From Chiloscyllium plagiosum (taxonomy: Eukaryota), in assembly GCF_004010195.1 (NCBI RefSeq), contig NC_057718.1, forward strand, positions 77,364,312 to 77,428,311: a DNA stretch of 64,000 bases. Direction: 5' to 3'. Below, in pieces: positions 12,058-24,400 of the stretch. The position numbers were made by a program, and so were the translations under genes. The stretch's first letter is position 1. Every line of letters starts with the position of its first letter. The notes beneath the pieces are model-generated. The model had not been told where the DNA came from, made no database searches, and worked only from the letters and a program-made list of their open reading frames with translations.

Positions 12058-15000
12058 ATTGTATAGCAATGTTTGAATGTCTTTACCTGCCTAAAGGCTA
12101 GGAGTTCTGGTTCAGATAAATCCATGTCCGGCAAGGATTCGATCTCCGTCATGTGCCACCATGACTCTATGTGCCGTATGGTCATTAGAATGTGGTGAGT
12201 CAATCCGTCGGAGCTTAAGACTGTGTTTCTCACCAACATCAGCACAAGGGGTGGCACTGTGTTCCAGATGGTGCTATTTTGCTGGATGATTTTCTAAGCA
12301 TCCCTTTAAAGATGCAAATCATTTTTTCCTCCGCCTACTGGACTGGGGATGGTAGGTGAACCTTTGAACAATGGCAAACAGGTTCAAAACATCACACAAG
12401 TGGTGATGTCCTGGTCCGACGGTATGCTGTGAGAGAGGCCCCAACTAGTGAAAACTTACTAGGTTAGGATAGTTGCTGTTGGTTCAGGTAGGGAAAGCTT
12501 CCATCCATTTGCTAAACATGTCAATAATGACAAGCACATATTTGTGCTCCCCAAGTGTACAGGGTGGGTGAGGGCAGATGTAATCAATCTGGATGTTTGT
12601 CCAGGCACCCTCTACAATTAGAGTTTGGCTCAGTTTCCCTTTATTAGCATAACTGTCTGGATTATTTTCGATGCAGACTAGACAATAATCAACGTAGTGC
12701 CATATGTCTTTATCTATCTCTGGCCACAAGAACTGCCCTTTAATTCTTTCCCTGGTGATCTTTACACCTTGATGGCCCTGACATAGTGCCATTGATAAAT
12801 AATCTGGTTCAGTCCTATGGTGACTCCACATATTGCCCATCTTTAAGGACAAGTCCATCTTTTACTGTTAGCTTATCCTTCCATTTATTATAGGAGGTGA
12901 GATGTGCTCCTTCCTGGATTGGCTTTAGGTCAGTGTCACCACCCTGGACTCATTTACAGTCTTTGACTTTAGGTTGGCTCACAGTGATGGCTTCTATGCA
13001 TTCAGAAGTTGGGGGTTGCCATCGCTCTCCCTCTCCCTGCCTGGTCAATTCATCAGCCTTTATATTCCCAGCCAGAGAAGGTTTATGGTGTGCCCTGACT
13101 TTAATAATCCTGTATTCCTGTTCTTGGGCAGTTTGGAATATGTATTTTAGCAGGACTGCAGGCAGTAGTGGTTTTCTCAGAGACGCAAACTTTCTGGCTT
13201 TTCAGAGTGACAGGAAGTCAGTTAAACTGTTACAGACATACATGCTGTCTGAAGATATGTTTGCCTGTGTGGGTAACTTATCTGGATGGCTGATTCGTAT
13301 CCTGTTTTCCCATTCTTGTCTTTCAATATGGAGGACCCATCCATGAAAATTTTAAAAGACTGTTCATCAGCTTTCCTGATTCCCTTGGGCCCTGCCCACT
13401 TTTGTTTTGGCACAAATGGTCTCATGGGATGATTTGCTGCCACTAGCAGGCATTCATGAGATTCCCCTCCATAGCTTGAGTTGTTTGCTGGGAAGATGGC
13501 AACTTTGGTACGTTTTACCGTAATGCCACAGTTCTAAGGCGTCAGGATCCCACATACTATGCTGTTTTGGCTAACGTACTGTCTTTAATTCGGCCATCTG
13601 GTAATGGTCGTAAGGCTTTGTTTGGTGGGAATGGTTAGGAGTTTGAATCCAATTATATAAGTGAATTTCTGCACTGCCCAGAAAACTACTTGGAGGTGTT
13701 TCATGCACACTGAGAAATTCTGTTTTGCAATGGGGTAGGAGTCAGGAGGCTTAGATCACTGGGTCTAAGCCTACTGTGGTGCTCCTTTAAGAGTCCAGTT
13801 GTCAAGGTAGAGTCTGTGGCAGCACTTTTAGTGCAAATGGGAGTTCTGGTTGCTAACTGCACTGCAGAAACCTTTGCTAGGGTCTGTTTTAATTGTGAGA
13901 CAGCTTGCGTATGCTACTCAGTCCATCCTTCTATCTCATGTTTCCCCGGGTCACAACAGTACCCAGATGAGAAACCTAGGGCTTCATAATCTGAATTTTG
14001 TTAGGGCTCACCTTTAACCCTAATGAGGTGAGTAGGATTTGCAGTTCATTAAGTAGTTGGAAGTGCTCTGATTCAATATCTGTCAGTAGGAAGAGGTCAT
14101 CCATGTACTGAATCAGGCACTCAGGATGTGAAAAATATTCTAACATTCTAGTTGTTGGTGCAAGACTGAAGGAGAATCGTGGAAGCCTTGAGGCAAACAA
14201 GACCATGTGTACTGTTGACCCTGGAAAATGAATGCAAACTTGTACTTGCACTGCTTGCTGAGGAGGATAGACCAAAAACCAATTGCTGACGTCCAATATG
14301 GTGAAATATTTGGCTTGTGGAGTTTGTTTCATCATGGTTTCAGGGCCGGTCTCTACAGCGGGTGCTGTGACAGGTGTTCTTTTTTTAAGCGCCAGGTAGT
14401 CAATTGTTATCCTCCGGGAGCAGTCCGGTTTCCTAACCAGCCATATTGGCATATTGTTAGTGAGACGACTAGGTTCAGGATTCCTGTTGTAGGAGGCTGT
14501 TTATGAGTTTGGCAACCTCTCCTTCAGCTAGGTTGTGGAACCTACGTTGCTTCTGAGGTTTTGGGTTGGAATCATCTACAACTAGCCCCTCTGTCATTCT
14601 ACCCCAGTGTGTAGTCTGCACAGGCTTATGTGTGCCTCACAAGAATCCCCCCTTGCCTCTGGGTCATCAGTCATTTCCACAGGCTTAAACAAAAATTCTC
14701 CCAGGGCGAAAATGTTGTCTACACACCTCCCTGCGGAGACTTCAATTAGGGCCTCATCCATATCAGACTTCTGCTATATGCAACAATTCACAGGTCAAAT
14801 AATAGATTGCATTTCCGTATGAAATCTGAGCCCAGGATGGGTTCTGCCACTGGGTAGAGGTTGACTAATATGACCAGATGAAGATAGGTAGTGTTGCCCA
14901 GCACAAATCTTAATGGATCAGTTTCCAACCCCTCCTGCACGTGCCCCATGAATCCACTTACGACAATCATTTTGTGGTGCACCAGGACCCATTGGTACCT

Positions 15001-16675
15001 TGGGGCAAGACAAGTATTCTGGCGTCCCATAGGAACTCAGTGTGTTAGCTTCTGACCTTGCCTTCTACCAGGGGTCACTCTGCACTATTTCATTTGATGC
15101 CACACTCACAGTTTGGTGAGTCCTGCATGGGTGTACAAGGGTGGGATAACTCAGCTGCCCCCTCTATTTCCATCTCCCCTTTCATTTCTCCAAACTGGAC
15201 TCACTATGTTCATCTTTCCAGCCTTGCTGGGCTTGGTCCTTTCAAACCCCTGGAACTCCTTTCCCACATGCTGGACATTCTCCAGCACACCCGCACCTCC
15301 ATGTGTGTATCAGTTCAAGACTATTGCAATCCTTCCTCCTCTCTTTGGCAACTTGTGAGACTAGGGTGTGGACTAATTGGCCCTATTCCATGCTAAGAGC
15401 TGGTTCTGTCCAGCTGCCTGAAGGCAGTGGTGAACTGCATCCATAAGCATCTGGTAAATGTGGTGGGGTTTTCCCCTTTCTTTTACTGACACTTATTTAG
15501 ATTGTCTATGGGGTCCCCTCTGTTGTGACTGACCACAGTTAAATTTGCAGTTTTCACGTCCTTGAGTTTCCCTCTGTCCATGTTTTGTGGATGAGACAAA
15601 GCTGAAAGGACTGAGAGGCTTAAGCATGTTAATATTAGCTTGATTTCCTTGGGGTTGTCCAGCCCATGCAAAATTCTCTATTGGTGGGAATTGCCAAAGA
15701 AATAAAAACCAAGGTGGTTTCAAAAGCGGGTTTTTCTTTTGGCTATCTTTGCCAGTTATGCTACTGTGAATTGTATGCTGTAGGTGATATTGGCAGCCCC
15801 TTGCCTATTTTGGTAACTGGTGGCTAGTGTGTTTATCAGGATGGAAGGAGCTCCATGGTTGCCTGGGGTAAGGGATTCTTTGGGTAAGGGAAACAGGCTG
15901 GGTGTGCTGAGGGTACTGAAGCTGTTATGAGTCTCCATCCCTCATGGGATTTCCTCTTCTAGGTCCTAGACAACCTCATTGTTTGGCTCTTCTCTTCCTC
16001 ACTGCGACCCTATAGATTCTCATTATCCCTTTTTGGACTTTAACCTATCAGTCTGTGTTGTCATCTCCAAATGGTCTTCACTGTGGACTTTTGTCTGTTA
16101 TTTTACTTGCGTAGAGCTGTACCTGCTGACTGCAAATCATTACATTACATTAGCTCAGTCATAACTTTTTGGATTGTATCATAATCCCTGCTCACACACT
16201 GTTCCCCTGTTAGGTCTTTTCTTCCTGAACCTGAAACTGCTCCATGTGCAGCAAATTTGCCTGGCTTTTCTGCTACAGCTCTTGAATTTTGGCTTGCATT
16301 TGGTTGATTCTGTTCTTTACATTCTCTAGTTCTTTTTTAAACTTAACATTGTCAACTTCTCTGCCTTTCACTTGTTCCATATATCTGGCTAACTCGAAAG
16401 CCTTACTTAAAATCAGGGCGCACTTATCAAAATCTTTATGCGGCATCCCCCAACATTTTGTCCTTCAGATCCCAGACTCAATTTAACCACTTACTATTTA
16501 AATATTTCCTTAGGGTCACCTCACAATGATTGTCTGTTGTTTTTCTGCTCTCCTATTCCTTTGGGTTCGCCCAAGGCATAGGGAAATGGCTGAGATAGGG
16601 GTTCGGTTTATGCTAAATTACCACTCAGTCCCTCTCAAGTCCAACATGCAAAGAGTAGGTGACTCACTTCCTGAA

Positions 16676-17024
16676 TCAGAGATGCCGGTGTTGGACTGGG
16701 GTGCACAAAATTAAAAATCACGCAACACCAGGTTTTAGTCCAACAGGTTTAATTGGAAGCACACTAGCTTTCGGAGCGACACTCCTTCATCAGGTGATTG
16801 TGGAGGGCTCGATCGTAACACAGAATTTATAGCAAAAATTTGCAGTGTGATGTAACTGAAATTCTTCAATGTATAATTTCAGTTACATCACACTGCAAAT
16901 TTTTGCTATAAATTCTGTGTTACGATCGAGCCCTCCACAATCACCTGATGAAGGAGCGTCGCTCCGAAAGCTAGTGTGCTTCCAATTAAACCTGTTGGAC
17001 TATAACCTGGTGTTGTGTGATTTT
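16676..17024. mobile_element. ORF-less fold-back PLE pLTR insert (family B)
   Basis: Near-perfect 150 bp inverted arms (16714-16863 / 16875-17024) with an 11 nt spacer. TSD CACTTCCTGAA (16665-16675 / 17025-17035). The arm is homologous to the 3' end of the GIY-YIG element at 45905-47200. Confidence 0.88.
16942..16976 (+). ncRNA. Minimal hammerhead ribozyme motif (PLE family B)
   Basis: cac-CUGAUGA-a-GGAGC(guc)GCUCC-GAAA-gc-UA-gug. A mirror copy lies on the minus strand at about 16762-16796. Confidence 0.75.
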
Positions 17025-17521
17025 CACTTCCTGAAGGCTGACTTGCAGAGTTTACCTTTCCTCCTTGATGAGCCAAGTTTCAAAAGACTGCTGCTTTATT
17101 TATCTCACTCTATAGACTGGCATGTAATCCAGTTACTGATCGACAACCTCTATCCCTGTTCACCTACTTGAATCCAGGCTCACCTCTTAATTCAGGCCCA
17201 GACTGAATGTTCAGTAATACAAAGCTGGTGAGGTTCAACTTCAGAGTAACCATTGGTTGCTTCTTATCGAAGCCCACCCAGGGACACTAGTATTGTCTGT
17301 GCTTTAAACACTTTGACCAGTTTCTATGTAAACCCTTTTAACTAAGGTACTGTACTTGTGAGAATGAGTAAAGAATGAGAGTCATCTTGCAATTCATTGC
17401 AATTTTATTCACAAAATACATTAAGGGCACAAAATGGAGTGTATAGCTGTTTATTATCTAATACCCTTCTCCTTTGCTATAAAACTCGAGTCTTACGTTG
17501 ATTTATCTACCAATTGCAATT

Positions 17522-17800
17522 TGATTAGATTACCTACAGTGTGGAAACAGGCCATTTGGCTCAACCAGACCACACCAACCCTCCAAAGAGTACCCCACCC
17601 AGACCCATTTCCCTCTGACTAATGCACCTAACACTATGGGCAATTAGCATGGCCAATTCACCTAAACTGCACATCTTTGTGACAGTGGGAGGAAACTCAC
17701 GCAGACACAGTGAGAATGTGCAAACTCCACACAGTCACCTGAGATGGAAATCGAACCCGGATCCCTGTGAGGCAACAGAGCTAACCACTGAGCCATCCCA
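17522..17800 (-). mobile_element. HE1/V-SINE-like tRNA-derived SINE
   Basis: Reverse complement of the element at 19876-20181, with a GATTA-type tail. Confidence 0.8.
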
Positions 17801-18811
17801 AGAAATAGAGGTTAAATAATAATTTGCACAATCCTTACCTAATGCATTCAAACTTGGCAAGGCTGTGTAGGTTCTAATGAACTTGGCGAGGTCAGTCTTG
17901 CACATGGTCATCTTCTCTCTCTGTCTATGGGGTCGGAGCTCTGCTGCCAGACAAGTTGGGTTTTCACTGATTCTCCAATAGGAAAGAGCCCCTTAACACT
18001 CAATGGCATTACCATTGCTGAATCTCTCCTTTCAACATTCTGGGGCATACTGTTGACCAGATACCGAACTATATGATGAAACTATAAATGCTATGGCTAC
18101 AAGTGCAGATCAGAGCCAAGGAGTCCATAAGGCTATTCAGTGAGATTATGGCTGATCTGATAATGTTCAACTCCCCTTTTATGTCTTTTCCACATAACCT
18201 TCAATTCTGTTACTGATTAAAAATCTTTGTATCTCAGGTTTGAATATATTTAATGATCAGACTCAACAGCTCTCTGCAGTAAAAAAATTCCACGTTCACT
18301 TCACTCTGACAGAATAAATTCCTCCTCATTTCTGTGTTAAATGTGTGATATTTGTTCTCTTTTAATAAGAACACCTCATGTGCTTCAAATTCCAAAGAGC
18401 ACAGGCCTAATCTACTCAACCTTTATTCACAAGACAGTCCCTTCATACCTAATACCAACCTATTGAACTTTTTCTGAACAACCTCCAATGTCAAAATATC
18501 TTTCCTTCGATAAGTGGCCCAAACAGTTCACATTATTCCAGCTGTGATCTGACTAGAGCCTTGCATAGTTATATTTTTCTATTGCCTGTTTTCAAAGTCC
18601 ATCTCCTTTGAAATAAGATCAACATTCTATTTGCCTTCCCTACTTCCCTGCAGCAAATGCAGTGCCCCCAGTTTTATTAATAGGGGCATATTGTTTTGTT
18701 TTGTTTTTTGTTATCCAGTTTTGTTATTTTCTTTTATATATCCCTTAGCTTTGTTTATCTGTCTTTTGTGTAAATGTGATTGGAAACAAAGGGTTTTGGC
18801 TTTATAGCATC

Positions 18812-19365
18812 TGTTATGGACCAAGTCGGACACCTTCAAAATATTGTAAGAAGGTAGATTGGCCCTAACATTTTCTTATTTTAAAGGCAGATGTGCACTG
18901 GATATTCCAGGTGTGATGCAGTTCGTCAAACCACGCGGCTTAAGCAAAACTGGTTATTTAAACACTACAGTTGAAAATGGAATTTAGAATAATAACTATT
19001 GGAGCGCTCAACTGACTCAACACAGCAACTAAATTAAGGAGCTGTTCCAATTCCTGCAGCACCCCATAAACATACGCCTTGGCAAAAGGTAAATTCAAAC
19101 AGATTCTTACGGCAGGAAATTTTTATAGACATAAGCCAATTAAGAATCATCTGCTGAAGCATGGAACCTGTGTGCACTGTAGCAGCTTTTGCTATAGCTA
19201 CCAGCAGCTTCTCTGCTACAACTAAACCTGAACTGGGAGAACTGGCCACTTCTCTCCCATTGTTAAAGTAGGCTTCCAGATATTTTGACACATCTACCTT
19301 TATGACCTCTCTTGGAAAAAAAAACCCAGGACAAAGTAATCTGCTAAAGTGATAACATCATCACA
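18812..19365. repeat. Possible solo LTR
   Basis: TGTTATG...TCACA termini with near-matching 4 bp flanks (CATC/CATA). No partner in the window. Confidence 0.35.
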
Positions 19366-19721
19366 CATAGACTAATTAGATTGCTTTGGTTTTTAAAATT
19401 TTGCTTTGCTGAAGTTACTATATTGTGTTACAACACAGAAGTGAACCCCTCTGTTAATTAAGCTGAACACCCAGAACCTCTTGAGCAATCTTAAGAGCCA
19501 TTTCCCTCATTTTAATTTAACCAACCACAAGTTACTGAAATTAAACAAATTTTCTTATCTATGCTTTAGGTGAGAAAAAGATCTAAAACACTAATCAGGA
19601 ATTGTTTAAATCTGCTGGGACCTTTTTTTTTACCCCAAATCTGTTCAAATCTGTCCAAATCTCAGACGGGATTTGTCTAAACCTGAACGAATCAATCCAA
19701 ATCCCAGATGAGCTCCCAAAC

Positions 19722-20823
19722 TGTTATGATGCAGAGTTGGGCCCTCCTGTAACTTAAACCCAAACACCCAGAAAAGCTCGCCTTGCCTTGTAATCTGTTA
19801 ACATATGAGTGAAAGAGAACTCCCAAATTCCACTATTTAAAGAAAATGGCATCAATTTTTTTTAAACTCTAAAAGTGGCGCATGGTGGCACAGTGGTTAG
19901 CACTGCTGCCTCACAGTGCCAGAGACCCGGGTTCAATTCCCGACTCAGGCCACTGACTGTGTGGAGTTTGCACATTCTCCCTGTGTCTGCGTGGGTTTCC
20001 TCCGGGAGCTCCGGTTTCCTCCCACAGTCCAAAGATGTGCAGGTCAGGTGAATTGGCCATGCTAAATTAGGTAAAAGGGGTGAATGTAGGGGTATGGGTG
20101 GGTTGCGCTTCGGCGGGTCGGTGTGGACTTGTTGGGTCGAAGGGCCTGTTTCCACACTGTAAGTAATCTAATCTAATCTAAAGTGAACATTAAACAACTA
20201 TTCACAACTCCAAGCCCCCTCCCTTTCTCATAACTACTTACTATTTGTTTCCAACTCTATAACAATATGCTGTTCCAATAAGACACTTATTAAAATTATA
20301 TGAATTTAATTTCAAAACCACAAAGCTGTTGTCTTCTTCTGTCTTCCCTCTTCTGGCTGAGGATCTCCCTGGGTTTACTTCTTTCTTTTTAATGCGAGTG
20401 TGTTTCAAACGAAAACGTACCTTTTATAGAGAGTGTTTCTAATTTTTTGGAGAGCAAGATATTAGATCTCCAGATGTTTCTGTCTCGATGGCAGTTGCTT
20501 TCTCTGACCAATTTCCAAAAGTCCGCATTTTATACCCCCCTCAACATCAGATCGTCTCATTGGTTCAATGTTGGCAAAACAATAAATTCAAATTGGGTTT
20601 TAGTATCCTGGGGCATTATTTAAACTGATTAGTTACATTCAAATTATTGTCAAAACAGCAACCAAGTCAGGTAGTCATTTCACAGCCAAATGTTACATAT
20701 TTTCAATTATCCAGTACACTCTGTGACTGCCATTTAGTCATATACACCGATGCTTGTAATCTTAGTTTAGAACAGCATTCACTTTGTCTTAAAAGTAAAG
20801 TACACACCTTCAAATTCATAACA
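19722..20823. repeat. Probable solo LTR interrupted by a SINE
   Basis: Perfect terminal inverted repeat TGTTATGA...TCATAACA. A related end appears at about 19426-19480 and, inverted, at about 22520-22545. No clear TSD. Confidence 0.5.
19876..20181 (+). mobile_element. HE1/V-SINE-like tRNA-derived SINE
   Basis: A box TGGCACAGTGG, B box GGTTCAATTCC, central GTGTGGAGTTTGCACATTCTCC...TGCGTGGGTTTCCTCCGGG domain, CR1-like 3' end and (TAATC)n tail. Confidence 0.9.
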
Positions 20824-21439
20824 ATTGTTGATAAATTGCTAAGTCTTGTGTTAATATGCAAACCGGTATCTAGTTAAGAACCAATGGGGTCAATTTTGAG
20901 GGTCTTTGAAGGTTTTAATTTTACTGTGTTGCGAATACAGTGGTAGAAGGACTGGTTTGGTTTGGCTGTCTGTCTCCATGTCATAACAGTAATAATATCA
21001 TTTGAAGACATGATGGGCTGAATGATCTCATTTCGCACCATAACAATACTGTAGTTCACTTGCTTTTCACTTGCTTGGGTGGAACAAGGATACTGGGGAA
21101 TCCAAGATGGAAGAGAGGAGAAAATTGTCGCTGTGAGAGCTGTTCCATTTTTGAGATTTTTTTTCAGTATTAGAGCTGATTTCCTTGATTTCTTAGAGCA
21201 GTGATTTTTTTTTTACAAGCTGTTGCATTGTTCTGGAACTTCAGGAAAAAATGATCAAAACAATGGTACATTGTACATGGGTGGGAGCAAGGACCACGTG
21301 GGAAGTGAACAAAAAGTGAAGCTGCATAGCTGACTGACCAGGAAGTAAATTTTCAGCTGTTTAGTTTCAAGTATCTCTAGATATCGAAGTTTGTGTAAGA
21401 AAAATACACAAACAGCAAACTTTATAGCAGTATGGCTGT

Positions 21440-24400
21440 ATTTAGGGAGGATATTCCAGGGAATACATCCACTGAAGTTATTTGGGTGGAACTGAAATGA
21501 TCACCTTATTAGGATTGTACTATAGACACCCCAAGTCAGCAGGAAATTGAGAAGCAAATTTGTAAGGAGATCTCAGTTATCTGTAAAAGTAATAGGGTAG
21601 AGACATTTAACTGTTCAAACATAGACAAGGACTGCCATAGTGTTAATGGATCAGATGGAGAGGAATGTGTTAAGTGTGTACGAGAAAATTTTCAAATTCA
21701 GTATGTGGGTGCAGAGGAAGAGCAGAACTTGACCTACTCTTGGGAAATAAGGCAAGGCCAGTGTTATGAAGCTGGGTAGAGTAATAGTGAGTCAAAAGGA
21801 ATGTATGGTCCCTTTTAGGAGAGCTCAAAGTACAGCAAATGCTGCCAGAAAACAGAGCAGCTGGGAGACAGGCTGTTCCAAAATGGACACATGTCACAAT
21901 TGTCTGTTAAATGGATATTTGAGTTTTGGATGCTGCTTTGACAACAAGTCAAATCTGCCCAACTGATTTAACCCAAACACTCAGCCCTTCAATGCCAATC
22001 AAATTTAAAATTGGATAATGTTAATGAAACCAATCTGACTGTAAGAATTTAAGATGTAATCAGTGGTATAAAAACAAGTGTTTTTGAAAATCGGGGAGAG
22101 ATCAACTGCCACCTAAAGAGAGCCAACTGCTTTGAAAGAAATTTCAGAAAGCACCTCTATTAAAGGTTCTACGGAATTTTAGACAAAGGTACTCACAGTA
22201 AAAACCAAAATCATACAAGATGGCCCAGGATGAAGACAGCAGAATCGGAAGGATGGAAGTTTTGAAATAGCAGAGTTGGAAGACCAGACGATGAGAGATT
22301 AAGTTAATTCAATGTTCAGTAATTGTGTTATTGGAGCAGCATTTAAATAGAGTTGGAGTTAGGTAGTGATTAGTTAAGAAAAAGGGGTTTGGGTTTGTTA
22401 ATAGTTTTTATTTAGTATTCACTGTTAGATCTAGTTAAGTTTCTTTAAACAGTGGAAATCAGGCGGTTTTCTATCACTCACACATTTTGTACGAGGCGAG
22501 GTTTTCTCAGTATTTTAGTTTTAAATAACAGAGGGGTTTGACATCCTTTGGTGGGGCACTTTGAGGCAAGTGATCATGATTCTATTCGTTTCTAAATAGT
22601 GATGGAAAAGGACAAACTGGATCTAAAAGTTAAAGTTCTAAATTGGAGGAAGATCAATTTTGACAGTATTAGGCAAAAACTTTCAAAAGTTGATTGGGAG
22701 TGAATATTCACAGGTAAGGCGATGGCTGGAAAATGGGAAGCCTTCAAAAATGAGATCACAAGAGTCCAGGGACAGTATGTCCTTTTTAGGGTGAAGGGCA
22801 TGGCTAGTAGATGTAAGGGATGCCTGATGACTAGAGAAATTGAGGTTCTGGTCAAGAAAAGAAGGAAGCATATGTCAGGTATAGATTAGAGTGGTGCTGG
22901 AAAAGCACAGCAGTTCAGGCAGCATCAGAGGAGCAGTAAAATCGATGTTTCGGGCAAGAGCCCTGCATCAGGAATACAGGCAGAGAAGGGTGGAGAGATA
23001 AGCGAGAGGAGGGTGGGGTGTGCAGAAAGTAGCATATGTTCCCTAAAGGGCTCTGCTAGGAGGCGTCCAGTCTCCCCAATGTAGAGGAGACCACATCGGG
23101 AGCAACGGATACAATAAGTGATATTAGTGGATGTGCAGGTAAAACTTTGGTGGATGTGGAAGGCTCCTTTGGGCCTTGGATGGAGGTGAGGGAGGAGATG
23201 TAGGCGCAGGTTTTGCAATTTCTGTGGTGGCAAGGGAGGGTGCCAGGACAGGAGGGTGGGTTGTAGAGGGGCGTGGAGCTGACCAGGTAGTAACAGAGGG
23301 AACGGTCTTTGCGGAAGGTGGAAAGGGGTGGGGAGGGAAATATATCCCTGATGGTGGGGTCTGTTTGGAGGTGGCGGAAATGTCGGCAGATGATTTGGTT
23401 TATGCGAAGGTTGGTAGGGTGGAAGGTGAGCACCAGGGGCCTTCTGCCCTTGTTATGGTTGGAGGGGTGGGGTCTGAGGGCGGAGGTGCGGGATGTGGAC
23501 AAGTTGCGTTGGAGGGCATCTTTAACCACGTGGGAAGGGAAATTACGGTCTCTAAAGAAGGAGGCCATCTGGTGTGTTCTGTGGTGGAACTGGTTCTCCT
23601 GGAAGCAGATATGGCGGAGGCGGAGGAATTGGGAATACGGGATGGCATTTTTGCAGGAGGTAGGGTGGGAAGAGCTGTAATCCAGGTAGCTGTGGGAGTT
23701 GTTGGGTTTGTAAATAATGTCAGTGTCAAGTCGGTCATGGAGATGGAGAGGTCCAGGAAGGGGATGGAGGCGTCAGAGATGGTCCAGGTAAATTTAATGT
23801 CAGGGTGGAGTGTGTTGGTGAAGTTGATGAATTGCTCAACCTCCTCATGGGAGCATGAGGTGGTGCCAATGCAGTCATCAATGTAGCGGAGGAAGAGGTG
23901 GGGAGTGATGCCGGTGTAATTACAGAAGATTGACTGTTCAATGTAGCCAACAAAGAGACAGGCATAGCTGGGACCCATACAAGTGCTCATGGCTACCCCT
24001 TTGGTCTGGAGGAAGTGGGAGGATTCGAAGGAACTCCCCACATACGTTCGAGACAACACCCACGCCCTCCACCTCCTCCAAGACTTCCGTTTCCCCGGCC
24101 CCAACGCCTCATCTTCACCATGGATATCCAATCCCTCTATACCTCCATCTGCCATGACCAGGGCCACAGAGACAGTATATTCCTGTTAGGGTGAAAGGCA
24201 AGTCTCGTAGGTGTGGGGAATGCTGGTGGACTAGAGAAATTGCGGTTTTGGTTAAGAAAAAGAAGGAAGCATATATCAGGTATAGACAGCAGAGATCGAG
24301 TGAATCCTCAGAAGAGTAAAAATTTAATAGAAGTATACTTAAGAGGGAAATCAGGAGGGCAAAAGGGGCGTGAGATAGCTTTGGCAAATAGGGTTAAGGG

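Larger units (their letters stand above)
10750..16500 (-). mobile_element. Decayed retrovirus-like element with spuma/lokiretrovirus-like RT and two RNase H domains
   Basis: Minus strand, in order: gag-like region (about 16400-15100), protease-like region (about 15030-14800), RT (PIWLVRKPD...LDVSN/GFWS...QYTWSCLPQGFHDSP...QYMDDL, 14460-13980), degenerate RNase H (about 13860-13550), second RNase H (IFMDGSS...SDSMYV...KVRAH...GNIKADEL, about 13355-13030), integrase (GHQGV...CLVC...IQIDYI...IDMFSKW...YHPQSS...WYHINQLK). Confidence 0.8.

Noticed and set aside
10550..17330. Possible LTR pair and PBS for the dual-RNase H element (shared CCAGACTGAATG at about 10550 and 17198, TGGTAATTTAGC on minus near 16623)
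   Set aside because: Similarity does not extend beyond 12 bp, and the PBS matches no tRNA 3' end I can name.
23176..23886. 236 aa plus-strand ORF
   Set aside because: It is antisense to the Penelope RT/GIY-YIG, and its G/V/E-rich composition is typical of a shadow frame.
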